DNA of 64,000 nucleotides from Macrostomum lignano (taxonomy: Eukaryota). The DNA lies in the NCBI GenBank assembly GCA_002269645.1, contig NIVC01000298.1, forward strand, positions 142,971 to 206,970, in the 5' to 3' direction. This document shows positions 1 to 12,801 of the stretch, one piece after another. The position numbers and the translations under genes were made by a program. Within the stretch, counting starts at the first letter, position 1. Each line of letters begins with the position of its first letter. Below the pieces are notes generated by a model. That model was not told the DNA's origin. It saw only the letters and a program-made list of their open reading frames with translations, and did not search any database.

Positions 1-133
1 ATATATGACCAGTGTTTCTGAAACTTTACAAACATTGTACTTATATTATAATGTACTTGACACCTATGGTGTCAGATTTTGTCAGCCGCCTCTCAACTAT
101 GCACATCCAGAAACTTATTGCTCAGCCCTCGTA
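1..133 (-). mobile_element. Possible mariner-type terminal inverted repeat at the window edge
   Basis: Minus strand reads TA-CGAGGGCTGAGCAATAAGTTT, resembling the TACGAGGG start of many mariner TIRs. The partner end is not in the window. Confidence 0.35.
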
Positions 134-1183
134 TACTGAATCCTGCATGTGAATGGGGTGAAAAAGGCCATGAAGACTATTCTATCAACCGGTACCCCCT
201 TTCTGCAGCTGAACAGCGAAAGCCATTGCTCTTTACACGATGGAAACTTGGTCGTGTAACTCCTGGAGAAGTTAATGATTGTTCTGGTGCGCATTGGATA
301 TTAGATTTAAATTTCCCAGCAATCTTAAGTGCAGCCTGGGGATCAGGTGATGGTGCAGCTGCCGCACATTCAAGGGAACTAGAAGCACCACCATCCCAAT
401 GTTCAGCAAACTCACACAGAGAGGGACTGTTAATGGCAGTACAAATCCAGAGGTTGTGTTTCTAATAGAGATCTATCCGTGCAGAATGCAAAAAATTGAG
501 ATTCATGGCGCAGATGCAACAACCCACGCATATTGCTCTTCTCAAATAATTTCAGCTGAAAGAGAAGCTGTTTTTGAAATGAATGAAGAAACTATAGACG
601 TCTTGAGACAGAATTTGTACGACAGGGCAATGCTCATGCTGAATCTATTGCTATAGAATCTTGCCCATCAACTGATGCTGATACTGAAGCGCAGATCCAA
701 CGACCACATACAGCCATTCATTTGGACTCAGATTCGGAGACTGAGACTGATGGCCAAAGAAGTGAGAGTCCTCCAAGAAAAAGATATATAGTTATACAAA
801 CAGTTACAAATAGTTACCTAATGATATATTTCCGGATGCTTGAGAAGAGCAAACCAATAATGTACTTCTATAGATTTAAGCAACTGTCAGTCACAGAAAC
901 AAGTCAAAGCATGATATGCTAAAATATTTATTTACTCAAGATAGTATTGTGACAGTTGTTTTGCAAGACTATAGGGCATTACAACAGATAAAGCATCTGT
1001 GATGACAGGAAGTTGAGTTGGACTTACAAGTTTGCTAAAACCATGGGCAAGAAACAATTTCTTCCAACACCATTGTGCTGCACACAAATTGGAGCCTTCT
1101 ATGTATAATGCCTTCGAAAATTTGCCATGTATACAACGCCTAGATACCTACTGCAACACCTAGAGGACAGGCAAAAAATCTCC

Positions 1184-1882
1184 CGATTGCAACTTACGAG
1201 CGTATTTCCTCCCGATTGCGACTTACTTCCTCCTAATTGTGACTTAGTTCTTCCTGATTGCTACTTAGTTCCTCCCAATTGCGACTTAGTTCCTCCCGAT
1301 TGCGACTTAGTTCCTTCCGATTGCGACTTAGTTCCTTCCGATTGCTACTTACGAGCTAGTTCCTCTTGATAGCGAATTAGTTTCTCCCGATTGCGACTTA
1401 GTTCCTCCTGATTGCGACTTAGTTCCTCCCGATTGCGACTTAGTTCCTTCCGATTGCGACTTAGTTCCTTCCGATTGCTACTTACGAGCTAGTTCCTCTT
1501 GATAGCGAATTAGTTTCTCCCGATTGCGACTTAGTTCCTCCCGATTGCGACTTACTTCCTCCCAATTGCGACTTAGTTCCTCCCGATTGCGACTTAGTTC
1601 CTCTTGATTGCGACTTAGTTCCTCCCGATTGCGACTTAGTTCCTCCCGATTGCGACTTAGTTCCTCCCGATTGCGACTTAGTTCCTCCTGATTGCGACTT
1701 AGTCCCTCCCGATTGCGACTTAGTTCCTTCCGATCGCGACTTACGAGCTAGTTCCTCTTGATAGCGAATTAGTTCCTCCTGATTGCGACTTAGTTCCTCC
1801 CGATTGCGACTTAGTTTTTCTTCATTGCGACTTAGTTCCTCTTGATTGCGACTTAGTTTTTCTTGATTGCGACTTAGTTCCT
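1184..1882. repeat. 21-bp minisatellite (GATTGCGACTTAGTTCCTCCC)n, left part
   Basis: Directly visible tandem units; interrupted at 1883 by the LTR element. Confidence 0.95.
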
Positions 1883-2172
1883 TGTTACATCCGACTTCCG
1901 TTACCAACTCGAAGTCCAGGTGAATTATGGTTAGAAATCTCAAGCTTAGTAGCGGGCTCTTGCCATGCCGTTGTTAACATTCATTTCCTTTATATTTGCT
2001 CTCCTTATATTAGCTTTAGAACGCAGGGTTAACAGGGGCAGTGTCTATGGCCAATGTGTGTGAAATGAAATATACTTTATATGCGCATATACCACATATG
2101 TCTCCCCTTAGAAAATTTGTTCGTCATTGTGCAAAGAGTAAGTTTTCCTTCTCAACAAAAATTTCCGTCACA

Positions 2173-3430
2173 TCAAGTTGCAGCTCGGGGTCTCAGTCTG
2201 GTCTGAGTTAGAGGCACATCCTCATGCTTGTAGCGATGCCTCCTGGCCTGGACAGTCTCCGCACATCTAGTCTTGGTTGTCGCTCCTCCGCCTGAGTTAA
2301 CTGCCTGCGACTCGCTATTGCCTTTCCCGATTAGCTGCTCCAGTAATTCATGGGACAAAGCGGCCTTGCTCTCCGTTTGAAGTCCTGTCGAAGTAATGTG
2401 GTCCACGTGCCGTTTCCAGACCATGCGGCCTACTTTCACCAGATATGAGAGTTGTGCACGGCGTTTAAGAATTTCTCCGACGGCCCATTTGTCCTCTCCT
2501 TGCTTCCTGAAGTCGAGCACGAGCACAGATTCTCCAGGTTCAAACTCACGGGAGCGAGCGTTAATGCCCGCTCTTAACGCTCTTTTGGCGGTCTGAACCA
2601 TTCGTTCGGCTAGTCCATTCGATCTTGGATGCCCCACCGACGTCAGAATTTGTGTGATGCGGCAGCTTCGAAGGTAGTTTTTAAATTCCTCAGCAGTGAA
2701 CTGCGACCCATTGTCAGAGAGGATTTGCCTCGGATAACCATATCTCGCGAAAGTTTCCTGCAGCTTGCTGATCGTGCCATGGGCAGTCGCCGACCTCATC
2801 GGGTAAATTTCAACCCATTTGGTTGTGGCATCGACAACGACAAGCCACATGAACCCGTAGCATGGATCAAAAAAGTCCAATTGAAGTCGAGTCCATGCCT
2901 TTTCTGGCCAGAGCAACGGCTGCAGTGGCGCCTGTGGCGGCAGGTTCCTCTGCGCTTGGCAGCCCTTGCATTTGGTTAGAGCCGTCTCGATGTCTTTATC
3001 AATCCCTGGATACCATACATGCAGCCGTGCCAGGGACTTCATGCCCACAATGCCGGGGTGCCCTTCGTGTAGCAGTTGCAGTAGCTGCTGCTTCAGTGAA
3101 ACAGGGATCAACATCCTGATGCCCCAAAAAATGACTCCATCTTCAACACTCAGCTCGTTTCGCCTCGAGTGGTAGGGCTGAAGCTCTTGTTCGCTATGTT
3201 CTGGCCACCCAAAACGACAGTATCGCAGAACACGGGACAGATTTTCGTCCATCGCTGTTGCTCTCTTTAACTCTCCATGGTCGATTGGTTGAGCCTCTAT
3301 GCGATTCTGGAACACACCATCCTCCGTGGACTTAGTATTCTCCAGCGGCAGTCTTGACAACGCGTCCGCATTTCCATGTTCGTCTGTCCGCCTGTATCGA
3401 ATCTCGAACTGATAGGCTGACAGAATCACT
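2173..3430 (-). pseudogene. pol: Gypsy pol fragment: RNase H tail, HHCC zinc finger, integrase core (appears internally deleted)
   Basis: ILSAYQFEIRY..HGNADALSR; LHEGHPG...CKGC; LQLDFF, SDNGSQF and SNGLAER (DDE motifs). The region expected after KRAL appears to be missing. Confidence 0.9.
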
Positions 3431-3476
3431 GGCTGACAGAAACATTGGCGACGAGGATTCTTCAGAAGAAGACAAA

Positions 3477-4930
3477 ATGACCGCGCCAAATACTGCTTCG
3501 AAAATCAGCACATTTGATCCGGCACGACCTGAAAGGTGGACTGTATACGAGGAGCGTCTGGAACAATACTTCATCGCTAAATCCATCACCAAAGAGGAGA
3601 TTAAGCGAGCCGAGCTCATCACAGTAATTGGTGAAGACTGCTATACGTTGCTCAGAGACTTACTGTCTCCAGACTCCCTGAAGGACAAATCCTACGATGA
3701 TTTAATTGAAAAGTAACGAACGAATTTCACCCCAACGCCGAAAAGAATCGTCGAGAGATACAACTTTCATCACCGAAGCCAGCAGGAAGGCGAATCCATT
3801 GCAGAGTACGTCGCGCAGCTACGGAAGTTGGCGGCGACCTGTTCGTTTGGAGGCTTTTTATCGGAGGCGATCAGAGACAGACTGGTTTGTGGACTACGAA
3901 GCAAGCTGACACAGCAAAGGCTGCTACAGGAGGACGATGTTTCACTGGACGACGCAGTTAAAATCTCGACAGCAATCGAAATCGCAGAGAAGGGTGCAAT
4001 GCAGATCCACACTGGAAGAGACATTGTCGGCCTGGCTCAGGCCAATGCGGTATATGGAAGATCATCTGCTAAGGGATCGGGACCGACGAATCCGGCCAGT
4101 TCAGACGACCGGTGCTACAGGTGCCTCTCTTCTGGGCACTGGGCGAGAAGCTGTCCCAAAAGATCGCATGTCTGCAGTCGATGCAATAAACCAGGTCATG
4201 TTGAGAAGGCGTGCAGGACGAAGCAGAAGCAGTTCAGCGGAAACCAACCGCCGCACAGCAAGAAGAAGTTCGAACCCAAGCAGAGCTACAAAGGTAGGAA
4301 AATAAAGCATCTGAGCGCAAATGGAAGCCCCGGCAGTAGTGAGGAGTCGTACGATTTCTCTGATGTCAAGAACGTCGCTGTCAATTCAAATTACGAGGCT
4401 AAACGAATGAGCGCACAGAAGGCTCGGTTCAAGCCTTTCACAGAGACACTGCAAGTCAACGGGTCTCCGATTAAATTCGAAGTGGACACCGGCGCCGAGC
4501 GCACAATTGTAAACAAATCGACAGCGGAACTAATCCGAGTTAAACCGCGCGGCACGACCTTGGTCCTCACATCTTATTCTAACGAACAGATTCCCCTACT
4601 TGGAGAGGCTGTGGTTCAGGTTGTAATTGGCGACATTGCGACGGAGCTGCAGGTCGTCGTCACTGACGGCACAAAGCAGAACCTGCTAGGTCGCGATTGG
4701 ATAACGCAGCTTGATCCCCTGGCCCGGAAATACGCGAGAGAAGCGTCAGCAGTGGGAATTCTTTCCCTCGATGCTGATCACGAGCTCAAGACGATTTTAG
4801 AAGAAAATTCGGAATTATTCTCAGATGGTCTTGGGAAGATAAAACATTATACAGCCAGACTGCATCTCAAGGAGAACACAACTCCAAAGTTCTGTAAAGC
4901 ACGACCGGTACCATTTGCTCTTAAGCCAAA
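3477..4930 (+). pseudogene. gag: Gypsy gag, aspartic protease and start of the RT linker; one in-frame stop
   Basis: A single frame from ATG 3477 with TAA at 3714-3716. Two CCHC knuckles (CYRCLSSGHWARSC, CSRCNKPGHVEKAC), protease motif FEVDTGA, and PKFCKARPVPFAL. Preceded by TGGCGACGAGGAT at 3446-3458. Confidence 0.9.
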
Positions 4931-4983
4931 GCAGAAAGGCACAAAGCAGAACCTGCTAGGTCGCGATTGGATAACGCAGCTTG

Positions 4984-5001
4984 ATCCCATCCTCGTCGCC
5001 A
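4984..5001 (-). promoter_or_regulatory. Primer-binding site complementary to the 3' end of a tRNA (most like tRNA-Ser GCU)
   Basis: TGGCGACGAGGATGGGAT next to the LTR; complement of ...ATCCCATCCTCGTCGCCA, recalled as the eukaryotic tRNA-Ser(GCU) 3' end. Confidence 0.8.
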
Positions 5002-5216
5002 ATGTTACATCCGACTTCCGTTACCAACTCGAAGTCCAGGTGAATTATGGTTAGAAATCTCAAGCTTGGTAGCGGACTCTTGCCATGCCGATGTTAACAT
5101 TCATTTCCTTTATATTTGCTCTCCTTATATTAGCTTTAGAACGCAGGGTTAACAGGGGCAGTGTCTATGGCCAATGTGTGTGAAATGAAATATACTTTAT
5201 ATGCGCATATACCACA

Positions 5217-5400
5217 TTCCTCTGGATTGCGACTTAGTTCCTCTTGATTGCGACTTAGTTCATCCTAATTGCGACTTAGTTCCTCCTAATTGCGACTTAG
5301 TTCCTCCTTTCTCTTTTTCTCTCCTCTTTCTCTCTCTCTCTCTTCTTCCTCCTTTCTTTTCCTTTTCTCTTCCTCTCCTTTCTTCCCCCAATTTTTCGTT
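5217..5400. repeat. Continuation of the 21-bp minisatellite, followed by a CT-rich low-complexity tract
   Basis: GATTGCGACTTAGTTCCTC units resume after the right LTR. Confidence 0.9.
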
Positions 5401-7603
5401 TTCCCATTTTCGATTTTGCGACTTACCTTGGCCGGCGGCCATTTCACCCGTCCGGTTCGGACGGGTGTTGGGCATGTATGCTGCAGAATATTCATATACT
5501 GATAACCTCTGCTTTATATACCTCAATTATAACTTATTAATAAAAAATCAAATAATTTCCAAAAAATGTTTTGCACAAAAATGTGAATATTAACCTGTAT
5601 GTAAGTGGGACTGTCACATTTTTACTGTGACCATTTTGTGACACTCAAATGTGACAGTCAAATAGATCGTCCCTCATGTGACCATCAATGTGACCCTAGT
5701 GTGTTTGGTTAGTGTAAGTAAAGCAAAAGTCAATAAACTAACAACTTAGTAGAGAATTTCTTCCATCAAATTTTCAATCAAAAGGTGGTATCATTAGACA
5801 TGCTAATTACGAGTTATTAATTTCCATGATTATGGAGTCAATGTATTTCCACATCATATTTCTATACTAACCCAGCAACAATCCTGGTAATGACAATCCA
5901 ATAGTCATTCACTATTTCACTGTCGTGGCATCCCGCTTGGAGACCCTTTCATAAACCTAAATTTCTGTATTTAATAGCAGCTTCACTGTTGTCGCATGTC
6001 GAGGCTGATGAAGCTGATCTACGATGTTGACGAATTTGAAAGTCTGCTTTGTTGAGTAGACCATTTGTCACTGCCTGTACGACAATCCCGCAGGCTCGGA
6101 TGTAGACAGCAGTAATGACAGCTCCGACTGTAGCGACAATACTGTTGCACAGGCGGTGGCTCAGACGAAGCTGTCGTTACTGCTGTCGGCGTCTGGGCCT
6201 GCAGGATTGTCGCTTTGACAAACAAGGTGTGCCTACCGGAATTTTAGGATCCATAGAGCTGAAAGTTTTTTTTGTTAAAAAAATTGAAAAGCCGCTTTCT
6301 GCCGTGATAACGCATCAAACCTTCAAAATCGTCATTTGCCATTGTCAGGCCCTGTCTGTATTTGGAATAGTTTATTTATATTTGTACGGGTAAACATTGA
6401 TTGATAACAGCTAAAATATTTAGCCAGACAAAATAACTCATACTGCGAAATCATAATGATTTGGCCATCACAGTAGTTGCACTTGGCCACTTAATATGAT
6501 TTTTTGTTTGCATTTGGTTTGCTGCTTTCTGTTGGTTGGCCAAAAATGTTTATGTTTTTAAATTGTTGATTAATTGCTGGCAAGGGATTTATTTCTGAAT
6601 GAGATTTTATTTCCTTTGTTTTCCAACTCTAGGAGTCAGTGTTTCTTATTTAGTTGGCTTATAAAGACCCCCAGGAAAGGTACCTCCTGTGGTGCTCAAA
6701 GGTGTGGGGCTTATTAAGTAGGTGGTACACCTGTTCCATGGTGCCTTCTGCAGGTAAGCTTAAAATTGCTGTGCACTTTAGTCTTAAAAAACCGTCGCCT
6801 ATGGTTACCATGACTGCATAGATCACACCTTTGTTGCTTTTGCTTCTGTCCTCATTTTCTCCGTATTGCTTGTCTGTATTAGTTTGAAATTAAGTGCCTG
6901 TATTTGTTGTTATTTTTGTTGGTGATGCCGACTACCTATTGTGTCTGCCTCCCCAGGATGGGATGGGATGGGGTGCTTTCACAAGCTCAAACTTTCACAA
7001 CATCGAAAACTTAGTATAACATTAACCTGCAGTACTTTCGGCGTTGTGAAGTTTCAAGTTTGTGAAGCCCTCTTTCACAGATCAGCGGATTGGGCAGCAT
7101 CGTCTCAGTGCTGTTTGTGGGACACGATGTCGCCAAAGGCGTTGCGCCAGGGGTGCTACGAGCGTAATAAGCCTTGAATATTTACATTTTGCAGTTTGTG
7201 CAACGTTCAAGGCGAAATTGGATCTTAGCTTCGTTATCTTCTTATTACGTATCATCAGTTCTAACATTCTTACCTTGTTACAAGCACACAAATTTTCATA
7301 TTTATTGTTTTGCTACATTTTCTAATTTCCTTTTTTAGTAGTGTATGTCGAATATTTCGCTAACAAATATTTTATTACGTGATCGTAATCTATAGATATG
7401 TATGTATGCCATTGTAAAGTAAGCTGGTTTGTTTCTATTTCGACTTCATACAATAATACGCGATTTTGTAGCGCCAGATAAATTATATTTTTATGCTTGA
7501 CCGGTACTGTTTCAAAGTTAACTGTCGTCGTTGTACCACTAGACTACAGAGACAAAAAAAATAAGTCACACAGTATTTGACTCATTTGCTCGCCACAATG
7601 GCA

Positions 7604-8399
7604 TGTTATGAAAATCAATAAGTTTTATTTCCTAAAAATCATTTTTCAATTGGAAGCCTTCAATAGTTGCGTCGGTAGTTCTAGTTGCTACCACCAGTTC
7701 CTTCGGGTCTCAGTCTTCGGTAAGGTAAGAGTTCCGTTGGAACGAAAATAAACAAGACGAGCGAAATCGGCAATTCGTGCAGATTTACGACTCCAACGAC
7801 TACTCAGCATATCCTGCCGGGCTCAGTAGGTGGTTGGGAGGGCGGTGTTAGCCTCAGGTCCGACTAAGAGATCTGGGTCACTTGGGACTAGCAATAGAAC
7901 TAGAAAAATGAAAATCGAACTGGAAAACTAGACGAATTGAGGAAAAGACTCGTGAATCGTGCTGGAAACATGGCTTGAGGGGGTCCGTATTTATAGTTTG
8001 GGAAACCCCAATGGGTCTGTGTCAAAGAAAGATCATGTGACAAACTCACGTGGTATCTATTTTTAGCAACTGACGTCAATGCCTGCCTTGAATGGCAAGT
8101 GTGCCGGAGCACGTGAGCCCCGTCTTAAACACAGCCCAATAAGAGTAGTAAACATTTTTACGGCGCTTCGGCGTCCAAGAAAACAAGGCTCAAGGCTCAA
8201 ACGCTTGTCACGTGACTGGCTCACACAAGGGAACAGCGTGCCACCAGTGACAGCTAGACGCAGAATGAACAAAGAGCAGGCCACAGGCAGAGGGGCATCA
8301 AAAAAAGAAAAATGGCAACTCCTTTCCATCAACAACCTGAAATATAACTCCGATAGTGTTAGCAACGCTCAACACTATTTCGATTTTCAACGCTCAACA
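7604..8399 (-). mobile_element. Possible solo LTR
   Basis: TGTTA...CAACA ends; the minus strand has CTATAAATA (TATA-like) and AATAAA shortly before the terminal TAACA. No TSD found. Confidence 0.35.
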
Positions 8400-8614
8400 C
8401 TAGCTCCTTGCGGCGGCCATTGAAGCGCTGCCACCGGCGAAGGATGGCTGCAGTGCTCCGCGTCCCCCCATGGGCTGCCATCTTAGTAGCCGTACGCCCT
8501 GGTAGAGGGCGACCCCGTTAGCCTCTGGCCCGCGCTTAGGGGCCGGAGGAGGGCTCTAATCCTTCACTCCAGTTGGAATGAAAAATTAGATGCTAAAATA
8601 TGCACTTAATGTTG

Positions 8615-8660
8615 TACGAGGGTTGTCGCTAAATACGACGTATCCTACCTAATAGCTACG
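8615..8660 (+). mobile_element. Possible mariner-type TIR start
   Basis: TA-CGAGGGTTGTCGCTAAATA; no recognisable transposase follows. Confidence 0.25.
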
Positions 8661-9229
8661 TCTCGCGCAGATGGGTGGCGAGCAATAAGTTTATGCGCCT
8701 GCAGCAGCAATAGACTCACAACTGACTAAGTCTAACAGCTATTTCTTAGAATCTCGCACGAGTGCTGCGTCTGCACACTCACTCTTACTCTTATATTCGC
8801 GCCTGTGTCGCGAATAGACAAACAGCAGAATGGCTTCAGCCAACTGGTTTCCTGATACCAAGACCTGCTCAGGAGCTTTGCTTCGCTGTTAACCGGCGCT
8901 AGAACTTGGAGATATCTCTCGACAAGTCCCTCAAGACGGTTCTGAGGATAAATTAGACAGACCGGCCTGCATTCATTGATATAGAACGCGGAGGGTGGAG
9001 CGTTTGGGCATTCCGTGGACTGACCATGGAACGGCAGCCCGAAAAGTGTGGATAATGATGCACAACAGATATTGATCAAACATGGGGGGAGAGAGTAGCT
9101 TGTTCAAAGCGCCGACAGTCGCTTCAAGCCACTAGTGAAATTAGCATGCCAAACTAGCAATCTACGCCCCCCGTTGGGGAGCCAAATAAATGCAATACAC
9201 GTTTTTTTAATAAGCTACATGTATCCTTG

Positions 9230-10230
9230 AAATCTTAAAAAATCTCCTGTCAAACCTTGTAAGCCTTGACATGTCAGTAATTCCCCCCCCCCACAAGCTT
9301 TGACATATCAACTTCCCCCCTTGACATCTCAGCAATGCCCCCAATAAGCCTTGGAAATCTAAAAATATCTGTCAACCTTCTAACCCTAGCCTAACCCTAA
9401 CCCTAACCCTAGCCCTAACCCTAACCCTAACCCTAACCTAACATTGAAATTTCAGTAATTCTCTCTAAGAGTCACTATAGCACTACTACAGCATTATAGC
9501 GATTTCCTGCAAGCCTCGACATCGTAGGGATTCCCAAATGAATCTCTTAACTTCGACATGAAGCTTCTTTTATTTTTTACATTACGCTTTTTTATCAGCG
9601 ATCCCTCCCCTGAGGAGGCATCAAATAATGTAATAAAAAGTTTTCAATAAACTACATGTAGCTTCTGACTTTAGCCTTGAAATCTCATTTATACCCCGTG
9701 AGCCTTGACATCTCAGCTATTCCCCCGTAAGCCTTAACATGTCAGCGATGGCCTCCATAAACCTTGAAATCTAAAAAATCCCCTGTTATTCTGTTAACCT
9801 TGAAACCCGATAAAATATAACCCTCAACCCACACCTGACCTAAACCTAACTTTAACCCAACCTAAAGCCTTGAAATCTCAGCAATTCTTCTCCCCTAAGC
9901 CTTGACATTTTAGTGATTCCTTCTTTAAGAATCACAGCACTATAACGATTTCCACCAAGCTTTGACATCGTAGCAATTCCCAAATGAATCTTTTAACTTG
10001 AACATGACTTTTCTTTTATGTATAGCTCGTACATACGCTCGTAGTGCTACTTTTATTTTTTACATGACTCTTCTTCTATAAGCGCCTCCCGTGGCGAGCC
10101 AACAAAGAATGCAATAAAAAAATTGAGTAAAGTACATGAACTTTGAAGTAGCTTCTGACTTTTGCTTTGACATCTCAGAAACCCCCCCGTAATCTCAGCA
10201 GTTATTCTCTGAGAGCCTTTACGTCTCAGT
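9230..10230. repeat. Degenerate repeats of GCCTTGA(C/A)ATCTCAGC...CCCCC with an embedded (TAACCC)n tract at about 9381-9440
   Basis: Recurrent motif plus about 9 telomere-like hexamers. Confidence 0.75.
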
Positions 10231-10274
10231 TTTTCTCCCCAGCACAGCATTATAGCTGCATTTAATTTTTGATT

Positions 10275-11250
10275 TTTATGATTTTCTATGATTTTTAAAT
10301 GACGCTTCTACGATTTTTACATGACGCTTCTATGATTTTTTACATGACGCTTCTATGATTTTTTACATGACGCTTCTATGATTGTTTACATGACGCTTCT
10401 ATGATTGTTTACATGACGCTTCTATGATTCTTTACGTGACGCTTTTATGATTTTCACATGACGCTTCTATGATTTTTTAAATGACGCATCTATGATTTTT
10501 ATATGACGCTTCTATGATTTTTTTAAATGACGCTTCTATGATTGTTTACATGATGCTTCTATGATTTTTTAAATGACGCATCTATGATTTTTTTACATGA
10601 CGCTTCTATGATTCTTTACATGACGCTTCTATGATTGTTTACATGACGCTACTATGATTTTTTTACATGATGCTTCTATGATTGTTTACATGATGCTTCT
10701 ATGATTGTTTACATGACGCTACTATGATTTTTTTACATGATGCTTCTATGATTGTTTACATGACGCTTCTATGATTGTTTACATGACGCTTCTATGATTT
10801 TTTCATGACGCTTCTATGATTGTTTACATGACGCTTCTATGATTTTTTACATGACGCTTCTATGATTTTTATATGACGCTTCTATGATTTTTTACATGAC
10901 GCTTCTATGATTGTTTACATGACGCTTCCATGATTTTTTAAATGACGCATCTATGATTTTTTTAAATGACGCTTCTACGATTTTTTACATGACGCTTCTA
11001 TGATTGTTTACATGACGCTTCTATGATTTTTATATGATGCTTCTATGATTTTTTAAATGACGCTTCTATGATTGTTTACATGATGCTTCTATGGTTTTTT
11101 AAATGACGCATCTATGATTTTTATATGATGCTTCTATGATTTTTTAAATGACGCATCTATGATTTTTATATGACGCTTCTATAATTTTTTATATGACGCT
11201 TCTACGATTTTTTACATGACGCTACTATGATTTTTACATGACGCTTCTTT
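10275..11250. repeat. 21-23-bp minisatellite (ATGACGCTTCTATGATTTTTTAC)n
   Basis: About 44 visible tandem units with variable T-runs. Confidence 0.95.
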
Positions 11251-12801
11251 TTAAAAAGTCTTTTAGTTTTCCTGACGTTGAAAAGCTTTAATTAAAAAAT
11301 TATACTCTATGAAAATTCGAACCATCGTCGCTGCATTTAGCAGTTCAGTCTGTTCACCTCTAGGCTAGTTCTCATCTTTTTGATAACATCAAATTTTGCA
11401 CTTATATATATATATAATTCAACAGTTTAAAATCCAAGCATAGAGTAAATCACACGAAGCAGTTATGACATAATCAGTTTCTCAGTCAGTCAGTATCAGT
11501 TAACAATATGGTTACGCAATTTAAATCAAGTCTGGTGCTACGCTTCCACACTGCATTTTCAATTCAAGTCGGAGTTACAATTCAGTGATGATGCAATCTA
11601 TTTCAGAACCAGAATTCAACCAGTCAGTTTTTTCTCTAGCATTCTTACAATGCATTTCAAGTCGAAAAGTTTGCTTGACCTTTGCAAAAAAGCATGTTTT
11701 TCGAATATTTAATGCCTTTAGCATCGAGCAATTTCTTAGCCGCGATGCATGTACAGTCACGGGAAAATTTCTGATCGAACAGTGCAAGTTTGAACAAAAT
11801 CGGTCCAGCCATTTTTTCTCTAATCGATCACATAGATAGATAGATAGATAGATAGATAGACACAGACAGACCATTTTTAGTATTTAGTATATAGGATTTG
11901 GGCTTGTGCGCACAAGGCTGCACAAAGGGAGGGTTCGGCTCGGGACACGGGGTCCGCGAAACCCTCAGTCTAAAAATAGAATGGCATGGGGAGAGGCTCG
12001 GACGGCGGAGGAACGAGAGAGCAGAAGGGGAGAGGGTCCAGCGAGCGCACAAGGAGAGGAGTGCAGCCAACTAGACTTGCGTACACTGAGCGATCGTACG
12101 CGGCAGGCAACAACAGTACAGGCAAGCGCCAAACCCCAGGCAGGCAGTCCCCACCAACTAACCCTAAGGCCAGGAAAACCTCCCAATATCCTATCCTATG
12201 TTAATGAGCCTCATTTATGATGTCTCGATTGCGCCATATTGTGCAACTTCTAGCTAAGCGCCAATGAAGGCTGCTCAGAGCGCAGTGAGGCCGCAGAACA
12301 GTTCCCACTCCAGCCACCAGCAGCGGACAGCAGTGCCCAAGATATGACTGCGGCCCCATGCCCGCAGCAGAAAGCCGCGGCCACATCACAATTAATAAAT
12401 TGTCTATGGCCAAACTCAAAGCAAATTTGTCTATGGCAATAAATATAGCCAATTAAATAGAACTAGTAAGACAAGGATGCTAAAACTCGGTTTCATGTAC
12501 GCAAAAAATAACTAAAGAGCTTCAACTATTTAGATAATTTCAACACACGTACATGTAGGCCAACTACAAGGAAGATTAGAACTTTGGCCTTTTGTATTTA
12601 TTACTGGCATGAACAATGTACATGTTCGTCCTGGGGCCAGACTTGACTGCTAGCCATTTTATTGTCTGACATTTTTCTGCCAGTTATTTTACTGCCAGTT
12701 ACTTTTTTGCTAGTCATTTTACAATTTACTGCAAGCTTTTTTGTAACCATAATTTATAAATAAATCAGTAATTTTTCGCCCCTTTTTAAATTTGCAGTTC
12801 T

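Larger units (their letters stand above)
1883..5216 (-). mobile_element. Rearranged Ty3/gypsy LTR retrotransposon lacking RT
   Basis: Two near-identical 214-bp LTRs (1883-2096 and 5003-5216, TG...CA). 5-bp TSD TTCCT at 1878-1882 and 5217-5221. Minus-strand PBS at 5001-4984 and polypurine tract at about 2110-2097. Internal gag, protease and integrase motifs. Confidence 0.93.

Noticed and set aside
79-922. Three short + strand ORFs
   Set aside because: No recognisable motif; may be a decayed element or gene fragment.
1127-1943. PDCDLVP and GTKSQS repeat ORFs
   Set aside because: Translations of the 21-bp minisatellite, which a retrotransposon has interrupted.
3441-3460. Second PBS read as evidence of a separate nested gypsy element
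   Set aside because: Only about 4 nt of LTR end precede it, and minus-strand pol sequence runs up to about 3430, so an internal inversion of one element fits better.
5949-6258. Minus-strand segment after TTTCAG with a Thr/Pro-rich stretch and a hydrophobic IVATVGAVITAVY stretch
   Set aside because: The two parts are in different frames, with no Cys domain or similarity to the cluster; cannot be supported as an exon.
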